From NCBI RefSeq assembly GCF_006345805.1, contig NC_042999.1, positions 11,036,001 to 11,100,000 of the forward strand: a stretch of 64,000 nucleotides of DNA, given 5' to 3'. A model generated the notes under the pieces. It was not told the DNA's origin. It searched no databases and saw nothing but the letters and a program-made list of their open reading frames with translations. Origin of the DNA: Octopus sinensis. Its lineage: Eukaryota. A program made the position numbers and the translations under genes. This document shows, piece by piece, positions 1-10,954 of this stretch (position 1 is the first letter of the stretch; every line of letters starts with the position of its first letter).

Positions 1-1242
1 CCATTATAAATATTCTTTTCTACATTTCAAACGTCTGGAATTACCCTTTCAGTAATATTGCTTTCAAAAGTCCCAGTTTTGTTTTACACACAACCATTTG
101 TGGAAAATCTTTAATGTTCCTACCAACTCCAGAAACCACAAACAGCTTTAAAAAGTCTTAATTCTTTTGGTGGCAATTTTATAAACAACAGCTATTACAA
201 AATGTCCTGTTTTAAAGCTATATAAATTAAAAGCTTCCATTAAAATTTCATCTTCCAAACAGCAGTTTTCTAACAGTTATTCCACTAAATTCTTTACTGC
301 ATCAAAATTGGTTGAACGAAAGGCAATGCATTTCAACAGGGAATATGTTAACTAAAGCATTAACCATCAATCTTATCACTATCTTCAAAATTAGTTCTAA
401 CAAATGCAGTGTATTTCAGAAGAAATATAACAGGAAAGGTTTTTATCTGCTTATAGTTACTCTCCCCTCCAAAACCACATTTCTTGACTAGACGTACATT
501 GTCTATATGCCTTAATTGTCAAGAAAAATGTCTTCTCTCTTGTATAAATATCAACTAATGTCTTTGATAAATCAGCCAGTCTCTTGATTTGTCCATAGAA
601 ATAAACATTGTACACAACAGAGCATACTCAATGTATTTCTCTCTAAATTATTAAAAATCCTGAATTCACAACCATTTAACTCCTTGCTTAGGCACCAAAA
701 TAATCCTTTTTTTTTTTTCTTTTGCCCAAAGCGAGTCCTCGCTTGAATGCTTCAAATGCTCTGATTCATTCAGCAGAAACCCTACCAAGAACTTCTCCAA
801 TCTCCACCATGATGTAAGGGCTTTTGTTTTTATGTAATAAAACAGAATAAAACTAACAATTCCATGAAAATATAACAAAACATGTTCAAGCCAAAGACTA
901 TAAGCTAAATTTATAAAAATACTTTTTCTTGCTTTTTTTTTTTTAATTTTATTCTCTCTTTATTATTTTGTGATGTTATCACATGGGGCATCATTTATCA
1001 GAAAACATTAATTTCAGAAGAATATTAGCAGTGAAGTCGATTTCAGCTTCACCTTGTAATTAACCTGTTGTGCTTTACTGAATCAGTTCTTATTATAACC
1101 TTTAGTTAGATGCAGAGTAACTAAACGTTCACAACAGAACCTTCAGGAGGGTCTATTTGATCAGTATTCCCTTAAATCAAGATAAACCACCTCAAAATGA
1201 AAATCCAATAAAAAGGGAAAATATTTTCCCATATATCAACCA

Positions 1243-1562
1243 AAGCCATGTGAGTGGATTTAGTTGGTGGAAACTGGAAGAAGCCTGACATGTGTGTGTG
1301 TGTATAGGAGTGTCTGTTTGTATTGCTTTGTCTTCAGATCATGTGATAGGTGCAAACATGCATCACGATCACACACAACCAGGGTCCTTCGTTTCCAATC
1401 TTCAGAGTAAACATCTCCAACCATGGGAAAATATGACCTTACTTGGATGGAAAGTAGTGAAGAGTGGTGAGAAGGGAGTCTAATCATAGAAAATCTGCAT
1501 CAACCAATTCTGTCTGACCCAAGCAAGCCTGGAAAACTGGGCATTCAAACAATGATGATGGT
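1243..1562 (+). mobile_element. Old, degenerate SINE middle plus RTE-tail-like fragment
   Basis: gtgagtggatttagttggtggaaactggaagaagcc resembles the SINE body seen elsewhere in the window; the end acccaagcaagcctggaaaactgggcattcaaacaatgatgatg resembles the RTE-type 3' tail. Confidence 0.55.
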
Positions 1563-1622
1563 GACAACGATGCTCAGACCTTTACTACAATGGTGGCAAA
1601 ACTTCCAAATTTTCTATCTTTT

Positions 1623-1780
1623 TATTCTGTTGTGTCTGGGGAGAGTCATTTTCTTTTTGTGCCTTATAATACAACACACTCAGGAGAATAAAAATAAGAA
1701 AAAAGTGGAAATTTTACCAGTGAGTGTGTTAAATTATAAGGCACAAAAAGAAAATGACTCTCCCCAGACACAAGAGAATA
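1623..1780. repeat. Fold-back inverted repeat with a perfect 41-bp core
   Basis: 1630-1670 ttgtgtctggggagagtcattttctttttgtgccttataat is the exact reverse complement of 1733-1773; arms extend to about 60 bp with 3 mismatches; loop about 38 nt. Confidence 0.95.
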
Positions 1781-1898
1781 TGCTTCAGCACACGAACTCA
1801 TATAAAGAACCTTGCAAACCAAATCCAAAAACGAAATCATTCTTTTTATTAATTTGTTCAGTAAAAAAAATCCCGTACTGAATCTCTTCTGGCCGATT

Positions 1899-1943
1899 TC
1901 ATACAAGAGACATATCAACTGACTTCGTAATGGTGAATGTCAG
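1899..1943 (-). CDS. Candidate terminal coding exon (LTFTITKSVDMSLV*) of an unidentified spliced gene
   Basis: Minus-strand acceptor aatatttatttag|CTG; phase 0, matching the preceding candidate exon; TGA at 1899-1901. Confidence 0.3.
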   Translation of the reverse strand: MTFTITKSVDMSLV

Positions 1944-2394
1944 CTAAATAAATATTTTAAATCAACTTGCAAACAAAAGAGGTGACTTTCAAACTACAAT
2001 GGGTTTAGAATACAATAGGCAATAATACAAAAGCTGGCACAAAAAAGACACAGAATGAGACCAACTAAAAGAAATTGGATTAAAATAATCGGTGATTAAC
2101 TTAATTAATTAACTCAACTGTTTCCATTGAAATACTACTCCTCAACTGCTTTGCCTCTATTCTTTACTCATTTCAATTTAATCTTACCACATGTCAAAGC
2201 CACCTAAGCACCTTTCTTTTTTTTTTCTTTATCATATCATTTCTTGCTTTTTTTTTTTTAATGAAATTATTAACTGAATCTATTTATTTAATAAAAATAG
2301 GAAAGAAACAAAACATCTTTTAAATAAATTTAGTTCATTGCATTTAATGAGAACATTGAAGCAGTTCATAAAAGATTTGGGGGTTTGCTGAATC

Positions 2395-2636
2395 AGCCTT
2401 GAAGAGGTTAGTTTAGTACTTATTCTATCGGTTTCTTTTGCTGAACCACTAAGGGACCAACTGCAGTTGCCAAGTGGGGAGCAGACATATACGAGCCTCT
2501 ACGCAGGGGGTGTCTTCCAAATTCACTCGCAAGGCATTGGTCAGCCCAAGTTTATAATAGAAGACACTTGCACAGTAGGATTGAACCCCAAACAATGTGG
2601 TTGCAAATCAAGCTTCTTAACCACACGGCCATGCCT
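2395..2636 (-). mobile_element. tRNA-derived SINE (family A), degenerate
   Basis: Reverse complement of the head ggcatggccgtgtggttaagaagcttg...ggttcaatcc and of the body seen at 2707-3068. Confidence 0.8.
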
Positions 2637-2706
2637 ATATTCTACAAAGAGAAACAATGTAATAGATGTCAGTTGGTACCAAAAGTTCTATAAACTTGTT
2701 ACCATA

Positions 2707-3068
2707 GATGCAGGAGTGGCTGTGTGGTAAGAAGCTTGCTTAACAACCACATGGTTCCAGGTTCAGTCCCTTGGGCAAGTGTCTTCTACTATAGCCTTGG
2801 GCCGACCAAAACCTTGTGAGTGGATTTGGTAGACAGAAACTGAAAGAAGCCCATCATATATATATTTGTTTGTCTGTGTTTTTCCCCCCAACATTGCTTG
2901 ACAACTGATGCTGCTGTGTTTACATCTCCATAACTTAGCGGTTCGGAAAAAGAGACTGATAGAATAAGTACTAGGCTTACAAAGAATAAGTCCTGGGGTC
3001 GATTTGCTCGACTAAAGGCGATGCTCCTGCATGGCCGCAGTCAAATGACTGAAACAAATAAAAGAATA
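2707..3068 (+). mobile_element. tRNA-derived SINE (family A), near full length
   Basis: Box A-like tggctgtgtgg, box B-like ggttcagtccc, body ccttgggcaagtgtcttc...gaaactgaaagaagccc, 3' end gcatggccgcagtcaaatgactgaaac plus aaagaata tail; more than 10 related copies in the window. Confidence 0.9.
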
Positions 3069-3488
3069 ACAGCATAAAAACAGAAAAACCAAACTAGTTT
3101 CAAAGACAGACTTTAAATTTACCAAAAATTTATTCTCACAATTTCTTTCTTCAACCATTTCCATATTCATAGAAGTTGTACATTTTATAAGACCAGAGAA
3201 TGTACGTTTCACTCCAAGTAAATTAATTAAAAACAATATTTTTAAGCATACAAAAATATTTCCATGTTGGTGAGGTTTATTTACCACTACCCTACAATGT
3301 CAAAACAAGGGTACACACACGCGTGCATATAAATATATCCATCCTCCCAGAATGCACTTCTAAAATTTGAATAGCCATATTGCCCTTATAAATCAAGAGA
3401 CCTTTCTCTCATACTTCAACCCATCATCACTTTGTATAAAACCTCCTCTTTCAGAGCTCTTGGACTTGTAAGCTGCATGGAAACTCAC

Positions 3489-3544
3489 TGGTGCTGGTGG
3501 CCTCCAGTACATGCAGTAAAATCTTTCTAAATATTGCGAGGCCT
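3489..3544 (-). CDS. Candidate 56-nt internal exon (EASQYLERFYCMYWRPPAP)
   Basis: Minus-strand acceptor cttcattttgacag|AG and donor CCA|GTGAGT; open reading frame in phase 1 to phase 0. Confidence 0.4.
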
Positions 3545-4077
3545 CTGTCAAAATGAAGTTATAAGCAAACAAGATTCCAGTTGTATTGAATGAATTAAGA
3601 TAAGCAGACATTTGTGAGGTGTTTGCTGATAAGAGATATCTATCAATAGGTGGCACATACACAGTGGCACAAAGTACAGGGCTCCTCTTCTATGGAGATG
3701 CTCAATCAGCTACAAATTACTTCCAAATCTTTCTGAAATCATATCCTTTCAGTCTTACAAAATAAGTACCATACTTGGAAAAAACAAAAGGGATGGTCAT
3801 GATTGGAATCATCACAGTCACACCTACTCTTCCAGGTTTGCATGGGTCAAACAAATGGGGAGTGGGAGGGTCAGAGTTTTCTATGACCAGATGCCCTTCC
3901 TGTCACCAAATCCCACTTGTTTTGGGCCTTTTGTTTACAAAAATCACGTGACACATCAAGAGAGCCATGTGGACTGCAAATAAACGAGAACTGTTAGCAA
4001 AGCCAGTGCTTACAATTGGCAAATGCACACACATGTAGACGAGAAAATACCAATTCCCACACACACATGTATACATG

Positions 4078-4238
4078 CAATGGGTTTCTGTCAGTTTCTG
4101 TCAGCAAAATCTATACACAAGGCTTTGGTCAGCCTTGGGCTATAGAAGAAGACACCTGCCTAAAATGCCATGCAGCAGGACTGAACCTGAAACCATGTGG
4201 TTGGGAAGCAAACTTCTTAGTCACACATCCATGCCTAC
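4078..4238 (-). mobile_element. SINE family A, 5' half
   Basis: Reverse complement of the SINE head and body. Confidence 0.8.
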
Positions 4239-4610
4239 AACTGATATAAACATCAGAAAGAATACTGGAAAAAAATCAATGCTTTCTGAATGAAGAGCCT
4301 TGAGGAATTTGTTTTTCAACCGATTCCTCTGTTGCACTTGTCAGCCAATATAGAGCTCACCCCGATTGACCCATTGGAAACTTGTAAGCTTCAATGCTGT
4401 TACACTTGAAATTCCAATATAAAATAAGTAAATAAATATAATAAATAGGCCGGCTCAATCCAAGCTGACATGTGGCTAAACCTCAACATATATTCAGTGA
4501 CAGAAGCTGAGACATTTAGAGTGAAATGTCTTGTCTTTGCCAAAGAACAACATTGAAGAAAAGATGCAAGCAGCAAAGCATTTTAGTCGATAGACTGTTT
4601 CTTGACTCAC

Positions 4611-4644
4611 CCAGCTGTAGCATTTACGTTTAGTCATCAAGGTA
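4611..4644 (-). other. Candidate 34-nt cassette or poison exon
   Basis: Minus-strand ctaatacattttag| acceptor and TGG|GTGAGT donor; inclusion after the 6.6-kb exon would introduce a stop. Confidence 0.2.
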
Positions 4645-4755
4645 CTAAAATGTATTAGTTTCTATTCAAAAGGTAAACCACATGAAGCCCTTCCTTATAA
4701 GAGGTTATATGTGTATCATTAAGAACTGGAAAATTGTGTGTATAAGTCTAATACA

Positions 4756-5858
4756 CGAGGTAGTATCAAAAAGTTCCTGGGCTGGTTCTGTAGTGCACCA
4801 ACAAATGGCAGCATATGGTTGCATGTGCAGTGAGAGCTGGCAGTGACCTTCATGAGGCAGTGTACCGAGTGACATTGCTGGGTTTACTTCACAAGTTGTG
4901 AAATTTGTGTTTTTGTGATCATGTGTGTATGCTGTAGTCTGTGATTTTGTCATGGACATCACGTCGAAATCACCGTCAAGATCTCCCTCAGCTTGCCACT
5001 GATGACCCATCCTTCATGTCAAGGATGATTGCCAGTGATAAGAGTTGGGTCTAAGACAAAGCAGCAATCGTCACAATGGAAGAGTCCTTCATCTCCACAA
5101 CTGAAGAAGGTACAACAGAGCTGCAGCTCAATCAAGAGCATGATCATCATTTTCTTTCGACACCTGTGCGGGTGGCACGTAAAAAGCACCCACTACACTC
5201 ACAGAGTGGTTGGCATTAGGAAGGGCATCCAGCTGTAGAAACATTGCCAGATAAGACTGGAGCCTGGTGCAGCCTCCTAGCTTCCCAGATCCCCGGTCGA
5301 ACCGTCCAACCCATGCGAGCATGGAGAACGGACGTTAAACGATGATGATGATGATCTACAGTGTTGTGCATCGAGAATTTATCCCCTCCCTGCCCCCACA
5401 AGGCCAGACCATCGATTGAGAGTTTTACTGCAACGTTTTGGAATGTTTGGGGGAGAAGATTTGGTGAAAGCAAGTGGATCTCTGGAGCACAAAGAATTGG
5501 ATTCTTCACAAACTTTCCTCACTTGTAAATTTCTTGCCAAAAACATGATATCGCTTCTGCACCCACCCACCCCACCCCTTATTAGCCAGATTTAGCCCCA
5601 GTGGACTTCCATTACTTCATCAAGATGAAAATGCAGCTGAAAGGTCAGTGTTTTAACACTGTTGTTGAGATCTAGAGCAATTCCCAGAAGGTCCTCAACT
5701 TGCTTACAGAAAACAACTTCCAGGCCAGATTCCAAAAGTGGCAGGAACACTGGAACTGGTGTAGTGCTGTGCAAGGTGACTAATTCAAAGGAGATGATGT
5801 TAAAACTTAGGTAAATAAGTTATTTTTTATAAAACATAATTAGTTTGAAACCACCTCG
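4756..5858 (+). mobile_element. Mariner (Tc1/mariner) DNA transposon, internally deleted, with transposase pseudogene
   Basis: TIR-like ends cgaggtagtatcaaa / tttgaaaccacctcg with TA on the right and CA on the left; decayed catalytic-domain peptide DPSFMSRMIASDKSWV..KTKQQSSQWKSPSSP..KSMIIIFFD continues after an RTE-tail insertion. Confidence 0.85.
5161..5356 (+). mobile_element. RTE-type 3' tail inserted into the mariner
   Basis: ggcacgtaaaaagcacccactacactc...ggaagggcatccagctgtagaaac...acccatgcgagcatggagaacggacgttaaac(gat)n; the mariner FFD/IYSVVH sequence is split by it. Confidence 0.9.
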
Positions 5859-6336
5859 TACATTGTGTGTATAAGTGTAAACAATTTAAAGAAATAGGGT
5901 TATGTAGTGGACAATCAAGTAACAAAAACTGGAAATTTTTAAAAGGAGAAAACTTAAGAATTATATTAAAACTCGAGGGTAACTCATCATATGACAGAAA
6001 ATTTTGGAAGTAGACTTTTGTCACCATAGAGGCTTATACAAAAATGATGAAATGAATGCTAATTTTCAAAAGAAAAATATTTAATACCTTAAAATTTCAA
6101 ATTGGAAACAAAATTACTCTCTTGATGTCATATTAAGGAGGTTTACACACACACTCTCTTTCAAAATATATATTATCAAAATAAGCAACAAGGATATCCA
6201 AGGTAGAGTAGTACAATTGTTTCATGCTACTTCATTTTATTAAACAATGTAATTTTAAAATGTCGAGCAATCTTCAGCCACATATAGAATTTTTCAATTA
6301 AACGGACAATGCACATTCCTATACTTATTTCCTATA

Positions 6337-6375
<39 letters not shown>

Positions 6376-6578
6376 TTCCTTTTCTTCTCCTTTGATACTC
6401 TCTTACTGATACTCATTGCCTGCCACCAAGTATGTGCACTCATCCTGCACCTCTTATGTTAACTCTCTCTCTCTCTCTAAGCCTCTCTTTTATTCTCTCC
6501 CCTCTCTCTTTATATGACATAAAGCATAACTGAAAAACACAACCAACCACCATTTATATTGGTTCTTGTAGTGATTAC

Positions 6579-6714
6579 CCTCAGTGAAATACATCACAGA
6601 ATCTTTGTTCAGAGCTGGTAACTTCATCCTAGATTTCTTATAGCTTTCTTCTTCTTCTTCTCCAGCTTTAGTCACTCTACCAACACTAGGAATTCCTGGA
6701 CCTTGTTCAGACCC
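6579..6714 (-). CDS. Candidate exon GSEQGPGIPSVGRVTKAGEEEEESYKKSRMKLPALNKDSVMYFTE(E)
   Basis: Open frame with protein-like composition, donor AGG|GTAATC in phase 1, possible acceptor ccttcag| at 6714; internal ATG at 6627 has A at -3. Confidence 0.4.
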
Positions 6715-7489
6715 CTGAAGGCCTACTTTCTTCCAAACAATTTAACAGCTGTAATCCTTTTGTATTATCATAATTCCACTAATTCTGTGAATCGTTTTCA
6801 CTTAGTTTATGCAAACAGAAAATTCTAGCACTTATAGATTCGATGGGGAAGGAGTTGTTTTGCTTTTAATTTTAAATTTAAAATAGTAATATGACTATAT
6901 TTAAATTAATTATCTGAGGAAGATTAAAAACATATAAAACCCAATCTTTGAAGTTTATACTATTAACCAATTTCAGGTCTTATTATAATCTTACAGATCT
7001 AAAAGAATTACCATTGATTATAACTTGCATAAATTATTTCATTATTTAAATTAAATTATATATAAAAGAAATGGAGCCTCTGAAATTAGAAAACTTAGTT
7101 AAAATGTATAGAAATTAGTAACGAAATAAATTTTGTGAGATGAAAATATCTCCCTCTAAATTTTAACTTAAGATGGTCATGGAATTAAGGTAAAAAATAC
7201 AGTGAAGTTTTCCTAAGATTTATTGTGTTCATCAATATGCAATTAAAACTACAAAGAACATTTATCAATATCAAAGAATAAGTAGATACTTATATATCAC
7301 CATCATTGTTTTAGCATTCATTTTTCCATGTTTGCATGGCTGGATGCTCTTCCTTTCACAAACCTTAAACTACTTTTAAACAAGGTATTTTCTCTCATGG
7401 CCAGACATGTTTTTATGGAAGATTGGAAGCAAACAACTACTTATATCATAGTAACACTCATTTACAACTATCATATGACAGTATGGAGA

Positions 7490-7650
7490 CAGACGTGTGC
7501 ATGCATGTACACACACACACAATGGGCTTCTTTCAGTTTCTGTCAACCAAATCCACTCATAAGGCACTTGGTCTAGATACTGCACTGTGGGACTGAACTC
7601 AAAATCCTTGGGTTGAGAAATAAACTTCTTAACCACACAGCCACGCCTAT
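7490..7650 (-). mobile_element. SINE family A, 5' half (an old RTE-like tail lies at about 7300-7440)
   Basis: Reverse complement of the SINE head and body. Confidence 0.75.
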
Positions 7651-7668
7651 GCCTTATATGATGTAATG

Positions 7669-7725
<57 letters not shown>

Positions 7726-7985
7726 AATGCCAATATTATGTTAAAAAAGGGATTTCATTTTTCATGCTCTTGGAGTCAAAAATTCAAACTGACAGACATT
7801 CCAGTCTAATTCACAAAACCATTACTTGAAAATATTTCAAATTAACAAATAAAATTAACAATTAACCCAACAATTATAATTTTTATTTTAGAGAATTATT
7901 TTTCTTTCTTGAACTTTAATCATTTCATGGCTCTAGATAAGGACTTTAAATAAGGGTCCACATATTATTCTTGTTATATTTTTGT

Positions 7986-8197
7986 TTAACCCTTTAGTAT
8001 TCAGATTAGTCAAGTGTAATACTTGTTTATTTATATTGTTTTCAATTAATCATGCATCATTAATAGTTTAGAGATTTTAATGAAGTGATTGTTTGGTTTT
8101 AGAACGACATTGTATGACCGACGTGTGAAGCTGGATCTGGCCAGTTTCAGGTTAAATATTCTGGCCAGATATGGCTGGTTTGAATGCTGAAAGGTGA
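7986..8197. mobile_element. MITE with TTAA-CCC ends (piggyBac-like non-autonomous element)
   Basis: Left end ttaaccctttagtattcag; right end tgaatgctgaaagg is a degenerate inverted repeat; no coding capacity. Confidence 0.6.
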
Positions 8198-8204
8198 GTT
8201 TTAA

Positions 8205-8380
8205 AAAGTGTGGTGGATTAGCAAAGTGATTAGAGCATCAAAGTGTCTTGCAGTATTTGTTCTAAGTTCAAATCTTGCCAAGGTCAACTTTGCCTCTTAT
8301 CCTCCCAGACCAGCCAAGTAGTGGATGAGAAAGGGGTCAATTTTATCAAATAGTCCCTCCCCACAAGAAGGAAATTTGTG
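8205..8380 (+). mobile_element. Degenerate SINE family B
   Basis: agttcaaatcttgccaaggtcaactttgcct matches the family B central domain. Confidence 0.55.
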
Positions 8381-8399
8381 ACATATATATATATATATA

Positions 8400-9121
8400 A
8401 GCCAAGTGAGACCATAATCTCTTGGGCTATGCCAGGGGTGTAACCAGCCCACTCATGCGTACCTTTCCTTCATTAGACACTAAACTCTGCTTGCAAAGAC
8501 CTGTTGAGGCAAGTGAAATCGAAATCAAATTCGATGACTGGCATCCGTGCTAGTGGAGCGGTAAGAGCACCATCTGAGCGTGATTGTTGCCAGAGCAACA
8601 AGCTGGCTTCCATGCCGGTGGCACGTAAAAAGCACCTTTCGAGCATGATCTTACCTGCGTCACCTTACTGACACTTGTGCTGATGGCATGTGAAAAAACA
8701 TTCGAGCGAGATCGTTGCCAGTGCCACTGGACTGGCTCCTGTGCAGGTGGCACATAAAAAGCACCATGCAAGTGTGATCGTTACCAGCGTCGCCTTACTG
8801 GCACTTGTGCCAGTAGCACATGAAAAATCATTTGAGCAAGATCGTTGCCAGTGCCGCTGGACTGGCTCCTCTGCAGGTGGCACATAAAAAACACCATTTG
8901 AGCGTAGCTGTTGCCAGTATCGCCTGACTGGCCCTCATGCCGGTGGCACATCAAAGCACCCACTACACTCTTGGAGTGGTTGGCATTAGGAAGGGCATCC
9001 AGCTGTAGAAACTCTGCCAGATCAGATTGGAGACTGGTGCAGCCATCTGGTTCACCAGACCTCAGTCAAATCGTCCAACCCATGCTAGCATGGAAAGTAG
9101 ACGTTAAATGATGATGATGAT
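8400..9121 (+). mobile_element. RTE LINE 3' end with a long 3' UTR containing about 65-bp subrepeats
   Basis: Starts gccaagtgag, which matches the RTE ORF end at 54.47 kb; six gtgccggtggcac-type subunits; standard tail ending in (gat)n. Confidence 0.85.
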
Positions 9122-9544
9122 AATATATACATACATGCATGGTGGTTGTCTACTCCTTATGCAGAGTCTGACTAACTCTTGTACTTACACTTTAGATCTA
9201 TCATGGCGTTTCATGTGTGTTTTTAAACCAGATAATGTATTGAAAAGACACAGATACATAGATTGCATATCTGATTTGGACCAGCAAGAGCTGCAGTAAA
9301 GTTCTGATCTTTGTGGATCTTAAAATATCTTTTGAGGCCTCCATTAAATTTGCAGACTTTATGGTATACACGGCATTGAAAGGTGTGCACAGATAGGCAG
9401 CGTAGTTAGTGGAGGTTTGTTTTCCATGGGTCCACAAATGAGATTTCAGCCCAGCAAAAGAAAGGCATGAATCTGTCACAAACTGTGCACACAAAAAGGT
9501 CACCAAGATTCACCTTCTCGATTGCAATGTGCATATATACCTTT

Positions 9545-9745
9545 CTGTCTGTGTTTCCCCCACCCCTTGACAACCGGTGTTGGCGTGTTTACATCCCTGT
9601 AACTTAGCAGTTCAGCAAAAGAAACCAATATAATAAGTATCGGGCTTTAAAAAAATAAGTCTTGGGGTCGATTCATTCAACTAACATTCTTCAAGGTGGT
9701 GCCCCAGCATGGCCAAATTCTAATGATTAAAACAAGTGAAAAGAT
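9545..9745 (+). mobile_element. SINE family A, 3' half
   Basis: cttgacaaccggtgttggcgtgtttac...ggtgccccagcatggcc. Confidence 0.8.
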
Positions 9746-9751
9746 ATATAT

Positions 9752-9982
9752 ATTTCTTTATTGCCCATCGGGGGCTAAACACAGAGGGGACAAACAAGGA
9801 CAGACAAAGGGATTAAGTCGATTACATCAACCCCAGTGCGTAACTGGTACTTAATTTATCGACCCTGAAAGGATGAAAGGCAAAGTCGACCTTGGCGGAA
9901 TTTGAACTCAGAATGTAATGACAGACGAAATACAGCTACGCATTTCGCCCGGCGTGCTAACGTTTCTGCCAGCTCACCGCCT
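9752..9982 (-). mobile_element. tRNA-derived SINE family B (Meta-SINE-like central domain), young
   Basis: Minus strand reads ggcggtgagctggcagaaacgttagcacgccggg...gagttcaaattccgcc (box B), then gcctttcatcctttcagggtcgataaattaagtaccag. Confidence 0.85.
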
Positions 9983-10117
9983 TTATGAAAAGATATATAC
10001 AAAGGCGAGCAGGATGAAATTTTGAAGACCCTGTCACACACCTCTCCTCGTACAAGTTTAATAGACATGAACTTTACAGAAAATGTATTGAGCAATTCTC
10101 CAGTCTAATGTTAACTT

Positions 10118-10494
10118 GATGTGGCTCTGTAGTAAGAAGTTTGCTTTCCACCCACATGGTTCCAGGTTCAGTCCCACTGTGTGCCACCTTGGGCAAGTAT
10201 CTTTAACTATAGTCTCAGACCAACCAAAACCTTGTGAGTGGATTTGGTAGAGGAGAAACTGAAAGAAGCCCATCATATGTATGTATGTGTATATGTATGT
10301 GTATATCTATGTGTGTCTGTGCTGATGTATTTACGTCTTCATAACTTAGCGGTTCAGCAAAAGAGGCTGATAGAATAAGTACTAGGCATAAAAAATAAGT
10401 CCTCAGGTTGATTTGTTCAACTAAAATCCTTCAAGGCAGTGCTCCAGCATGGCCACAGTCAAATGAGTGAAACAAATAAAAGAATAAAAGAATG
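10118..10494 (+). mobile_element. SINE family A, full length
   Basis: Head, body, internal (TA/TG)n and 3' end gcatggccacagtcaaatgagtgaaac + aaagaat tail. Confidence 0.9.
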
Positions 10495-10582
10495 TGTGTG
10501 ATTGTGTGTTCCTATGTTAACAATTTCATAGTGGGAGAGCCATATTAGTCATTTAAAAACACACAAAAACTGTTACATTTAC

Positions 10583-10690
10583 CAGAGTCTGTTTCTTAGT
10601 ATGGTGAGTGGCTTACTATGAAGTAGCAAAACATTTTATTGCTCTTGTCACCAACGATTTTGAAATATAATAAAACATGTTTTTATAAAG
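10583..10690 (-). other. Candidate non-coding or UTR exon
   Basis: Strong acceptor ttgtttcactcttatgtctag|; donors CTG|GTAAAT (10583) and ATA|GTAAGC (10617); stops in all three frames for the long form. Confidence 0.2.
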
Positions 10691-10954
10691 CTAGACATAA
10701 GAGTGAAACAATATGGACTTGTATGTTTTGTATCAGCAGGTTGGCTTTACTAAGCCACAGTAAATGTATTTATTGAGGATATATATAAAGCACACTACAA
10801 ATGAATTCCTTTGAAATGATAAGGACAAACCAGTGACAAACAACACCAGTCCTGGAATGATATAATAATAGAAGTTAAATCCTAATATGTGGAAGTTGAA
10901 TCAAAATACAAGCAATGCATAAATTACACATGTGTTGGCATTCAAAATGCTTTC

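Noticed and set aside
666-878. 70-aa minus-strand ORF
   Set aside because: TTG start, includes a poly-A-derived Lys run, no splice support; more likely UTR or intergenic.
2707-2790. tRNA genes at SINE heads (also 9.9, 13.25 and 14.16 kb)
   Set aside because: Only box A/B-like motifs followed by SINE bodies; no complete cloverleaf.
8600-8960. CRISPR-like look (palindromic repeats with spacers)
   Set aside because: The spacers are homologous to each other, the array is part of an RTE 3' UTR found many times, there are no cas genes, and the context is eukaryotic.
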